Part shown: in pieces, positions 56,103-64,000 of the stretch | Numbering within the stretch: the stretch's first letter is position 1 | Layout of the letters: the number at the start of each line of letters is the position of its first letter | Assembly: GCA_965218435.1 (NCBI GenBank) | Contig: CBDCKW010000009.1 | Coordinates: 1,920,001-1,984,000 of the forward strand | Source: Truepera sp. | GTDB lineage: Bacteria > Deinococcota > Deinococci > Deinococcales > Trueperaceae | Direction: 5' to 3' | Length of the DNA stretch: 64,000 bases | Notes under the pieces: generated by a model | Databases searched by the model: none | The model's input: only the letters and a program-made list of their open reading frames with translations | Told to the model about the DNA's origin: nothing | Position numbers and translations under genes: made by a program

Positions 56103-57928
56103 GGTGCGAGGACACGCTGCACCAGGCTAACGAGTCCGACGAGCCCAATCCCGAGCAGCGCCGAGATCAGCAGCAAAATCCATACGTCTGCAACGTTGCC
56201 CGATTGCACTTGACCCAAAATCTGAAACCCTAACCCACGCCGGTTGTTCGATTCGGTTTCGGCAACCAAAGCCCCGACAAGGGCCGCCGCCGCTGCCAGC
56301 TTGAGTGAAGTAAACAAAAACGGCACCGCCGCCGGAAACCGCACCTTGGTAAAAAGCTGCGCGGGCGTCGCGGCGTATGACTTCATCAGGTCGAGGGCCA
56401 AAGGGTCCACTGACCGCAAGCCTTTTACGGTGCCAACCACGACCGGGAAAAAGGCGATATACGCGCCGATAAGAGCCGTCGGCAACAGCGAAGTTTGAAT
56501 GGTGATGCCCACGTTACCTAAAATCAGCAGCAGCACAGGGACGAGGGCAATGATTGGCACCGTTTGCGAAGCTACGAGCCACGGGAGTAAGGCACGCTCG
56601 AGTGGCCTCACCATCACAAATAACACCGCCAAAAACGTTCCGACGGCAGCACCTAAGGCTAACGCCGAAAGCGTCCCGGCAGCGGTGTAGAGCACGGCGC
56701 GGAAGATGTTGCGTTCGTCACCTAACGGAAACTTGCTGAAAAACGGCCCAATACGCGCGGCAATCCAGTTAGGAAAGGGTACCGGATGTTGCGGCAGGGC
56801 GAGGAAACACTCGAGCACTCCCTGCCCGCACCCCGGTTGTGCGTAAATCGTATAGGCGTCCGTCCAGACCGTTGCGCCCGCCGGGGGCGTCCGGGCGAGC
56901 AGCACGTCACCCGTTTCAAAATCACTCAAAAATGCACCCGGATACTGCCGGAGCTGCGCGTTACGGGCGGGCGGCTTGGCAAACGTCACCGTAAAACCAT
57001 CCCGTGTGTAATCTTCACCTTCGGTTTGCGGCGCACCGTCTACTGTCACGATGCCCTCGGCACTCCTAAACGTAAACGTCTTTTGCTCACCGTCTACTCG
57101 TTCGTCGGGACGTTCATCATCGTCCGACAACAGCGTGTCGTCCACATAAACGTCGTAGGGTTCGGTCTCGACCACGGGCGTTTGAGGAAAGGTAAAGGTG
57201 CGGTTTGTCCCATCTACTTGTCCCGAAAGGCGTTCAGCAAGTTTGACGACGCTTTTTGCGGCTCGCACCTCACCGGAGGGCGGCGCAGCAAAAACCACCG
57301 TGCTTTTGCCCTCGTCTAAAACCGCGTAATCACCGGAGACGCGCCGTAAATCACTCCCAAAACTCGGCGCTGCGGTAAAGGTCACAGTAGTGTTTTGAAC
57401 GGCGTAATCTTTGCCCTCAGCTAAAATCTCAGCGTCTAGCAAGATAGGCCCGGACGCGTCGCTGAAAGTAAACGCGGTACGCACATCGTCAGGTGTTTCG
57501 GCAGCTGGGGTCGCGCCGCCAACAGCGAACGTGTCCCCAACGTAAAGTATCAGCGGGTCGGGCAGGTTGCCGGGGTACCGGTAGAGCGTTTCTGAAACAG
57601 GTGTCAGGGTTTCTCCCCAGGTCACCAGCGGCTTGGGTTCCGCGTCCAGCGTGACGGTCTCGCCTTTTTGAGTGTAAGCCGTGCCCAGCGGCGCATCGTC
57701 CCGGACGAGCACGCCGTTCTCGGCTTCGTCAGCGAAGATCAGCGTAGTCGCGTCGCCGAGTCTTTGGGGCGGTTGCGCCGTGATGGTCGCCTTATCCCAC
57801 TTCCGCAGGTCGCGCAGGTCGCGCAGGGCCAACGGCAGACCGAACAGGAGCGCCAGCGGATACATAAGTAGAACTAAACCGACGAGGACAACTAAAATGG
57901 GAACAAAGGTTGAAACCCTCTGGCGCAC
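56087..57928 (-). CDS. NitT/TauT-type ABC permease with a large repeated extracytoplasmic region
   Basis: C-terminal SQTVPIIALVP, FFP, KVRFPAAVPFLF; ~340-aa insert after TM1. Confidence 0.88.
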   Translation of the reverse strand: MRQRVSTFVPILVVLVGLVLLMYPLALLFGLPLALRDLRDLRKWDKATITAQPPQRLGDATTLIFADEAENGVLVRDDAPLGTAYTQKGETVTLDAEPKPLVTWGETLTPVSETLYRYPGNLPDPLILYVGDTFAVGGATPAAETPDDVRTAFTFSDASGPILLDAEILAEGKDYAVQNTTVTFTAAPSFGSDLRRVSGDYAVLDEGKSTVVFAAPPSGEVRAAKSVVKLAERLSGQVDGTNRTFTFPQTPVVETEPYDVYVDDTLLSDDDERPDERVDGEQKTFTFRSAEGIVTVDGAPQTEGEDYTRDGFTVTFAKPPARNAQLRQYPGAFLSDFETGDVLLARTPPAGATVWTDAYTIYAQPGCGQGVLECFLALPQHPVPFPNWIAARIGPFFSKFPLGDERNIFRAVLYTAAGTLSALALGAAVGTFLAVLFVMVRPLERALLPWLVASQTVPIIALVPVLLLILGNVGITIQTSLLPTALIGAYIAFFPVVVGTVKGLRSVDPLALDLMKSYAATPAQLFTKVRFPAAVPFLFTSLKLAAAAALVGALVAETESNNRRGLGFQILGQVQSGNVADVWILLLISALLGIGLVGLVSLVQRVLAPWERS

Positions 57929-57929
57929 G

Positions 57930-58742
57930 CTAGTGCGTCCCCTTGAGGGCGTCGCGCACTGCAGAAGTTAGCTCGAAAAAGCGCCTCGAGTCCCGCACAC
58001 TTTCGTCACGCGGATAGGGCAAATCTACGTCAATTACCCGCTCAATCTTGCCGGGGCGCGGCGTCATCACTACAATGCGCGATGACAAAAAGACCGCTTC
58101 GGAGATCGAGTGCGTCACGAACACGACGGTTTTATGCGTCTCTTGCCAGATGCGTAAGAGCTCATCGTTCATGCTCTCGCGGGTAATCTCATCCAACGCG
58201 CCGAAGGGTTCGTCCATCAGCAAGAGCTTGGGGTCAAAAGCTAGAGCCCGCGCTATCGAGACGCGCTGCTGCATCCCGCCGGAGAGCTGAAACGGATACT
58301 GACGGTGAAAATCTTGGAGGCCGACGAGTTTGAGTAAACGTGAGGCCCGCTCCCGCTGTTCAGACTTGGGAAAACGCATGATCTCTAAAGGCAGCATCAC
58401 ATTTTTGATGACCGTGCGCCATTCGTATAAGACCGGAGCCTGAAAGACGTAACCATATTCTCTTGCCTCACGCGCCTCTTTCGGCGTTTTACCTGCCACC
58501 TCCAGCTCACCCGAGGTCGGTTCGATAAGGTCGGCAATCAACCGTAAAAGCGTCGTTTTGCCGCACCCTGAAGGTCCGATCAAGCTGACGAACTCGCCCG
58601 CTTGTATCTCCAAGTTGGCGTTTTGCAGCGCGACGGTCTCCCCTGCTCTGGCCTTGTAAACCATTGAGAGGTCACGCACCGAGATAACTGGAGGGCTTTC
58701 TCTAGGTTGACTGTGGTTTTGCGTCTGGAACTGGGTTATCAA
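57930..58742 (-). CDS. NitT/TauT-type ABC ATPase
   Basis: GPSGCGKTT, LSGGMQQR, DEPFGALD. Confidence 0.93.
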   Translation of the reverse strand: MITQFQTQNHSQPRESPPVISVRDLSMVYKARAGETVALQNANLEIQAGEFVSLIGPSGCGKTTLLRLIADLIEPTSGELEVAGKTPKEAREAREYGYVFQAPVLYEWRTVIKNVMLPLEIMRFPKSEQRERASRLLKLVGLQDFHRQYPFQLSGGMQQRVSIARALAFDPKLLLMDEPFGALDEITRESMNDELLRIWQETHKTVVFVTHSISEAVFLSSRIVVMTPRPGKIERVIDVDLPYPRDESVRDSRRFFELTSAVRDALKGTH

Positions 58743-58743
58743 G

Positions 58744-60132
58744 CTAACCGCCTACGGTCTCAGCGGTTTTTCGCCGTAAAAACTTACCTCTAGCCTTATC
58801 GCCGATGAACTGCCCGTCTTTAACCTGGACAGCGCCGCGCACCGTCACGACTTCGGGTTTGCCGTCTATCTCAACACCTTCAAACCCGCTGTAATCGACG
58901 TTCATGTGCTGCGTCTTCGCCGACAGCTTACCGCGATACTCAGGGTCATAGATGACTAAATCGGCGTCGCACCCGACTGCTATCGTCCCTTTGTGCGGAT
59001 AGAGGCCGAACAACTTGGCTGCTTGGGTGCTGGCTGCGTCTACAAAACGGTGGATATCGAGGTCGCCACGTGATACCCCGTAGGTATAGAGCAGATTTAC
59101 CCGGTCTTCTATCGCCGGGATGCCGTTCGGAATCCTGGTAAAGTCGCCCTTGCCCATCGCTTTTTGCGTGGTATCAAAGGGCGCGTGGTCGGTGCCGACG
59201 GTGCTGATGTCGCCGCGCTCCAAGGCTTCCCAGAGTACCGCCTGATTGCGTTTATCGCGCAGGGGCGGGCTCATCACATATTTTGCGCTCTCAAAGTCCG
59301 GGCGTTCGGCGTAGGTTTTCTCGAGCATGAGGTGTGGGATAACCGCTTCGACAGAGACATCTACACCCCTGGCTTTGGCCGCTAACGCCGCGTCTAACGC
59401 CGGTTTGCACGACAGGTGAACGATATAACCCTTTGCACCGGTAGCCTCTAAAAACGTCACAAAATGGTCTACCCCGTCCGCTTCAACATATTCTGGGCGG
59501 CTCGGTTCGTGCCATTCGGGGCCGGTTTTGCCTTCGGATAAAAGTTTCTGCTGAAGTTGCGCGACTAGTTCGGCGTTTTCAGTGTGCGCCGTGGTAATGA
59601 CGCCCAACTCTTTAGCGAGCGTCAGCGTCTTGTAAAGTCCTTCGTCGCTTAGGCTAAACGCGCCCTTGTAGGCCAAAAACACCTTAAACGACGCTGTACC
59701 GTCCGCGACAATCTCGCGGAGCTGAGCTTCAGTCTGCTCGTCAAACCGGGTCACGCCCATGTGAAAGGCGTAGTCGCACGCGGCGTTGCCTTCAGCGAGA
59801 GACTTCCAGTGCTGGTAGCCCTCTAAAGTATCCTCGCTCCCCGCCGGAGCGCACATCTCGATAAAGGTCGTCGTTCCGCCGATGAGCGCCGCTTGCGAAC
59901 CCGTCGCGTGCGTGTCTTTGCTGTAGGTTCCCATAAACGGTAGGTAGATATGGACGTGCGGGTCAATAAAACCGGGAAAAACATACTTGCCCGAGGCGTC
60001 GATGACCTCGGTACCTTCAGACACCTGTAGGTTTTCACCGATTTCGGTAATCGTTTCGTCTTCGATGTAGATGTCGGCCTTGGTGCGTTTGTCGGCGGTG
60101 ATGATGTCGCCGTTTTGGATAAGTAGACCCAT
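58744..60132 (-). CDS. hydA: Dihydropyrimidinase
   Basis: DPHVH, SFKVFLAYKG, HTEN, VHLS, SPPLR, TDHAPF, IPNG. Confidence 0.93.
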   Translation of the reverse strand: MGLLIQNGDIITADKRTKADIYIEDETITEIGENLQVSEGTEVIDASGKYVFPGFIDPHVHIYLPFMGTYSKDTHATGSQAALIGGTTTFIEMCAPAGSEDTLEGYQHWKSLAEGNAACDYAFHMGVTRFDEQTEAQLREIVADGTASFKVFLAYKGAFSLSDEGLYKTLTLAKELGVITTAHTENAELVAQLQQKLLSEGKTGPEWHEPSRPEYVEADGVDHFVTFLEATGAKGYIVHLSCKPALDAALAAKARGVDVSVEAVIPHLMLEKTYAERPDFESAKYVMSPPLRDKRNQAVLWEALERGDISTVGTDHAPFDTTQKAMGKGDFTRIPNGIPAIEDRVNLLYTYGVSRGDLDIHRFVDAASTQAAKLFGLYPHKGTIAVGCDADLVIYDPEYRGKLSAKTQHMNVDYSGFEGVEIDGKPEVVTVRGAVQVKDGQFIGDKARGKFLRRKTAETVGG

Positions 60133-60156
60133 ACGTTCCTCCTTGCTTCTACGAGT

Positions 60157-60597
60157 TTATTCTGCCACTTCGCGGGGATGGATGGCTCTAATATCAAAGC
60201 GTGTGAAATCGTCACCGTTCAGCGTGAGCAAGTTTTCGACGTTGTGCGCTTTTAGAGCAGCAGCTAAACGAGCGTCGTGAACCTGCTTGCCTGAAACTCG
60301 ATGCGTGGTGACGAGCTCGAGCCAGATAGCAAAAACTTCGGGTGTATCGCCCAAAAGCGTCCACTCTTTCAAAAAATCGTTAACTACGGAGCGAACAGTT
60401 GATAAGGTCCAACCGAAACCGTTAACGTTTGCGGGCCTGCTTGCTACCGACCAAAACTCATAGATAACTTGAGGTACGATAACAAGTTCTTGACCTTGAA
60501 TAGAGAGGTTTTGAACTGCTCGAGACACTAACGGATAGAGTTCGTTATCTGGATTGACGGTTCGCAGCACGACGTTCGTGTCGAGGAGAAAACGCAT
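60157..60597 (-). CDS. vapC: PIN-domain VapC toxin
   Basis: LLDTNV, QVIYEF, HDARLAA, LLTLN..DF. Confidence 0.9.
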   Translation of the reverse strand: MRFLLDTNVVLRTVNPDNELYPLVSRAVQNLSIQGQELVIVPQVIYEFWSVASRPANVNGFGWTLSTVRSVVNDFLKEWTLLGDTPEVFAIWLELVTTHRVSGKQVHDARLAAALKAHNVENLLTLNGDDFTRFDIRAIHPREVAE

Positions 60598-60863
60598 CAG
60601 TCGTAGATATCGTCTCTGACGTTGTAATTTTCGGGCCAGTTCACACCTGTTTTATGAGCGATACGCGCCATAAACGCCTCAACAGCCTTTGCTCGTTCTT
60701 CTGGGTCTTCAATCTCATAGAGTTTACGGGGAGCAGGCTCGAGCCTCAGCACCTTTCCCTCTCGCTCTACCCGAAAATCCGTACCGGGTTCTACTTCACC
60801 CAAGAGTTCTTTGGGTATGGTGACGCTGCCGTCGGGGGCGGTTTTAAGGAGAATTTTTGTCAT
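60597..60863 (-). CDS. AbrB/MazE-like antitoxin
   Basis: GSVTIPKEL...PGT.F.V; TGATG coupling to vapC. Confidence 0.75.
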   Translation of the reverse strand: MTKILLKTAPDGSVTIPKELLGEVEPGTDFRVEREGKVLRLEPAPRKLYEIEDPEERAKAVEAFMARIAHKTGVNWPENYNVRDDIYD

Positions 60864-60950
60864 AATATAAGTCTTTCCCGTGCTCAGCTTTGTTTCCAAG
60901 CATTAAAAGCAGTCTTAGACCCGCGCAAATCTTCCAGACTCGGATAGAAC

Positions 60951-61445
60951 TCACTGCGCTATACCTAGAATCAAGTTAGTAAATTTTTCTACTAAAAGTT
61001 TCAAATCAGTTATGCTCAGCTGAGCCGTCCAATTGGTTTTTCCTGCTTTATTAACATTCCAAATCTTTAAGCCGGAAATTTTTCCGGCGTCATCGAGAAA
61101 TCTGATATTGAAATGCGCTATTGAGTTACGCACATATCTCATCAAATCGTTGAGATTTTCAAAGTCTTTAGGGAGATTGCCTTGCATAAGAGGACGGGGC
61201 CAACCAGATTTCTCCAAATCTGCTAAAGGAATCTTAGGAATTTCATTAAAGTAGTTTTGTTGAGGAAGAACAATCAACCCAAGCAGCGAGTTAATAAGTT
61301 GAGTGACCTCGTATACACTTACTTCCCGCGACGTAGCCGCGTCGTTGGCTATCAAATAGGATTCTCTGTCCGCGATTTCCTCAATTACTTCAAGATTGGC
61401 TTTCGTTCTAGCTACGAAGTCGTAAACGAAACTTTGGTAATTCAC
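60951..61445 (-). CDS. HEPN family nuclease
   Basis: YEVTQLINSLLGL..LP and RNSIAH (RxxxxH); AT-rich. Confidence 0.8.
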   Translation of the reverse strand: MNYQSFVYDFVARTKANLEVIEEIADRESYLIANDAATSREVSVYEVTQLINSLLGLIVLPQQNYFNEIPKIPLADLEKSGWPRPLMQGNLPKDFENLNDLMRYVRNSIAHFNIRFLDDAGKISGLKIWNVNKAGKTNWTAQLSITDLKLLVEKFTNLILGIAQ

Positions 61446-61460
61446 AATCTCTTACCACCT

Positions 61461-62816
61461 TTAGTGAATCTCGATGCCTTTTACGGCCCGGTAACGCTCC
61501 ATCTCGTCCCACTTAACGGTCACTTCCGGCTGCCGCGCCGTAATCTCACCCCAGGTTATCGGGTCTCTACCCGAGGGCATTTCAATCATCGAAATGCAGC
61601 CGTCTACCGGGCACACTAGCGAGCAGAGGTTACACCCTACACAGTCGCCCTCGCGCACCACGGGTTGCGCTTTGACCTCACCGCGATACGTCGCCGGGTC
61701 AATCTTGGCCCCGTCTACGGTCAAATCAATACACTGATGTGCGCCTTCATCACACGCGACGTAGCAGAGGTTGCAGTTGATGCAGGTGCTTTTATCAATC
61801 CGCGCCACGACCTTGTACGACAAATCGAGCTCATTAAAAGGTGAGTAGCGGGGGGCCGCTGCGCCGATGACCTCTTGAATGCTTTTCGCTCCCTTGTCGT
61901 CTAACCAATTCGATAGGCCGTCGGTCAGGTCGTCAATCAGGCGAAAGCCGTAGTGCATCACCGCGGTGCAGACCTGCAAGCTCGTCGCACCCAGCAGCAA
62001 AAACTCGGCGGCGTCGCGCCACGTTTGAATGCCGCCCATCCCTGAAATCGGAATCTGATAACGCTGCGTTTCAGGCAGTTGCATCACTTCAGAGAGCATA
62101 CTGAGCGCAATCGGTTTGACCGCTGGCCCTGCGTAGCCGCCGTGCCCGCCTTTGCCGCCGACGTTGGGCCGGAGTTGAAAAGACTCGAGGTCTACTCCAA
62201 CCACCGAGTTGATGGTGTTGATTAAACTAAGGGCGTTGGCTTGCCCTGCAATCGCAGCCCTTGCAGGCATCTTGATGTCGGTAATATTCGGTGTCAGCTT
62301 GACGATGACGGGGATGTTCGCTACTGAGGTGACCCACTCGGTAATCATCGTGCAGTATTCCGGGACTTGCCCGACCGCCGAGCCCATCCCGCGCTCCGAC
62401 ATTCCGTGCGGACAGCCGTAGTTGAGTTCGATGGCGTCCGCGCCGGTATCTTCAATGCGTTTGACGGCGTCGGCCCAAACTTTCGGGTCGGACTCGAACA
62501 TCGCTGAGACGATCACCGCCCGGTCGGGCCAGAGCTTTTTAACCTCGGCGATTTCGCGCAAGTTGACGTCTAAAGGCCGGTCGGAAATCAGCTCGATGTT
62601 GTTGATCGCCGCGAGCTTGTTGCCGTTATATTCCCAGCCGCCGTACCGTGAGGAGACGTTTAAGACGGGCGTGCCAATGGTTTTCCAAGCCGCGCCGCCC
62701 CAGCCGTACTCGAACGCTTTGTTAATCTGATAGGCCGTGTTCGTCGGCGGGGCCGAAGCGAGCCAGAACGGGTTGGGGCTTTTGACGCCGCAAAAGTCGG
62801 TAGTGAGGTCAGCCAT
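61461..62816 (-). CDS. preA: NAD-dependent dihydropyrimidine dehydrogenase subunit PreA
   Basis: NPFWLASAPP, NNIELI, ELNYGCPHGM, KLTPN, two ferredoxin Cys motifs. Confidence 0.95.
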   Translation of the reverse strand: MADLTTDFCGVKSPNPFWLASAPPTNTAYQINKAFEYGWGGAAWKTIGTPVLNVSSRYGGWEYNGNKLAAINNIELISDRPLDVNLREIAEVKKLWPDRAVIVSAMFESDPKVWADAVKRIEDTGADAIELNYGCPHGMSERGMGSAVGQVPEYCTMITEWVTSVANIPVIVKLTPNITDIKMPARAAIAGQANALSLINTINSVVGVDLESFQLRPNVGGKGGHGGYAGPAVKPIALSMLSEVMQLPETQRYQIPISGMGGIQTWRDAAEFLLLGATSLQVCTAVMHYGFRLIDDLTDGLSNWLDDKGAKSIQEVIGAAAPRYSPFNELDLSYKVVARIDKSTCINCNLCYVACDEGAHQCIDLTVDGAKIDPATYRGEVKAQPVVREGDCVGCNLCSLVCPVDGCISMIEMPSGRDPITWGEITARQPEVTVKWDEMERYRAVKGIEIH

Positions 62817-63268
62817 CAGACACGCTCCGGGAGAAAATCTTCGTCTAAGGTTTCAGTGAGGGTGTAAGGACTCGCTTCAGGAAAAGCAGTTAAGCTTAGT
62901 CCTGTCTCATCACTGGCCTTACGTCTTGCATAGGTGTAGCTGTCGTCAAATACTTGTGGAGCGTAGTTTTTAAGCAAACTCGGGCTGTCTTTGAAAACTA
63001 AATCGAGTTGTCGCCGCTGCTCACTTATCGTTGTTGTCCAACTACGTGAGCGTCGTTTCGGTTGAAACTGATACTTTAAAAGGTGCGCCAAAAGTATGCT
63101 AAGTCGGTTTTGCACCTCTCGCTTGTCACTCCGTCCGATGCTTTCGACCTCCTCGGCGAGGTTCTCTAAGTCAAGCTCAGCTACCCGCCCTTGCCGTAAA
63201 AGTTCGGCTTGATGCTCGAGCCACAGCACGAAGTCCTCTTCATAGGTTGGTTTTGCTAAGGTGTCCAT
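62816..63268 (-). CDS. DUF29 family protein
   Basis: YEEDF..W...Q, LDLENLAEE, HLLKYQFQ, SW..TI..QR, SPSL. Confidence 0.88.
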   Translation of the reverse strand: MDTLAKPTYEEDFVLWLEHQAELLRQGRVAELDLENLAEEVESIGRSDKREVQNRLSILLAHLLKYQFQPKRRSRSWTTTISEQRRQLDLVFKDSPSLLKNYAPQVFDDSYTYARRKASDETGLSLTAFPEASPYTLTETLDEDFLPERV

Positions 63269-63286
63269 AGACCAGTGTAAGCCAAA

Positions 63287-64000
63287 CTAATCGGCGGTGC
63301 GTGCGGGAGAAAGCTGGGCGTGGATACTCTGTGCCGCAAGCTTGCCGTCTTGCGTCGCGGTCACGGTCATCGCGTCGCCGGTCGCGCGGATACAGTCGCC
63401 ACCCGCGAAGATTTTAGGGTTGGTCGTCCGCAGCTCATCGTCTACTTTGAGATAGCCACGCTCTTGTTCCAAGCCGAAATGAGCGTACAGGTCAAAGCGT
63501 TTTTCTTGCCCAATCGCCTTGATGACTTGATCACAGGGGATGACGAATTCGCTGCCTGCCACAGGTTCGGGAAGTGCCCGTCCGTCGGGTCCGGGTGCGC
63601 CGAGTTCCACGCGGAGACACTCCAAACCCGTTACCTTGCCGTTTTCACCCAGAACTCGTACCGGCTGACTTAAAAAACGAAATTCCACGCCCTCGAGTTT
63701 GATAAAATCGTACTCGAAGTCGTACACGCTCATCTGGTCTTCGCCGCGCCGATACGCCAGCGTGACCCGTGCGCCTAACCGTTTGGCAATCGTCGCCGCG
63801 TCTATAGCTGTATTGCCTGCCCCAATAACCACGACCTGTTGCCCAACGGGAAGTGCTTGCAAACGCTCTAAGCCGTCTTTCTCCGCAAGTTTGGTCTCCG
63901 CAATAAACGACAAGGCTTCGGTGACACCCTCTAAATCTTCGCCGGGAATCCCTAGATGCGGCACTGAACCCATCCCGACACCTAAAAACACGGCGTCGAA
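63287..64000 (-). CDS. preT: Dihydropyrimidine dehydrogenase subunit PreT (GltD-like); 5' part lies outside the window
   Basis: VIGAGNTAID, YRRG, FAGGDC; context upstream of preA. Confidence 0.88.
   Translation of the reverse strand, partial: FDAVFLGVGMGSVPHLGIPGEDLEGVTEALSFIAETKLAEKDGLERLQALPVGQQVVVIGAGNTAIDAATIAKRLGARVTLAYRRGEDQMSVYDFEYDFIKLEGVEFRFLSQPVRVLGENGKVTGLECLRVELGAPGPDGRALPEPVAGSEFVIPCDQVIKAIGQEKRFDLYAHFGLEQERGYLKVDDELRTTNPKIFAGGDCIRATGDAMTVTATQDGKLAAQSIHAQLSPARTAD

Overview
Gene-dense bacterial chromosomal window of moderately high GC. It is probably Deinococcota and Truepera-like (inference from the DnaE insertion, BrxC-type protein, topoisomerase IB and many leaderless-type promoters). 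Left to right it holds: (1) a 10-gene minus-strand respiratory operon joining a caa3-type heme-copper oxidase to a Tat-exported gluconate-2-dehydrogenase-like GMC enzyme, a cytochrome c and a cupredoxin that lacks copper ligands; (2) housekeeping genes (DegT aminotransferase, cold-shock protein, O-antigen ligase, tRNA-Ser, Crp, pfkA, dnaE); (3) mnmH-selD, pilT, topoisomerase IB, a WYL/DinB pair, two cyclophilins and a KirBac channel; (4) a sugar/peptide catabolic region (Gfo/Idh/MocA enzymes, Dpp-type ABC system, MlrC, CutC); (5) a reductive pyrimidine degradation operon interleaved with toxin-antitoxin and HEPN genes. The most unusual signals are as follows. The oxidase lacks the K-proton-channel residues and has GHPDVY in place of GHPEVY. 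One ABC permease carries about five partly nested, phage-tail-like beta repeats, and a second carries a binding-protein lobe. The palindrome CTCGAG is strongly over-represented (HIP-like). Two MITE families are present, one of which abuts TAG stop codons. A PafBC-like WYL promoter precedes the DinB gene. No CRISPR array, rRNA or intact transposase was seen. All calls come from reading motifs by eye, without database searches.
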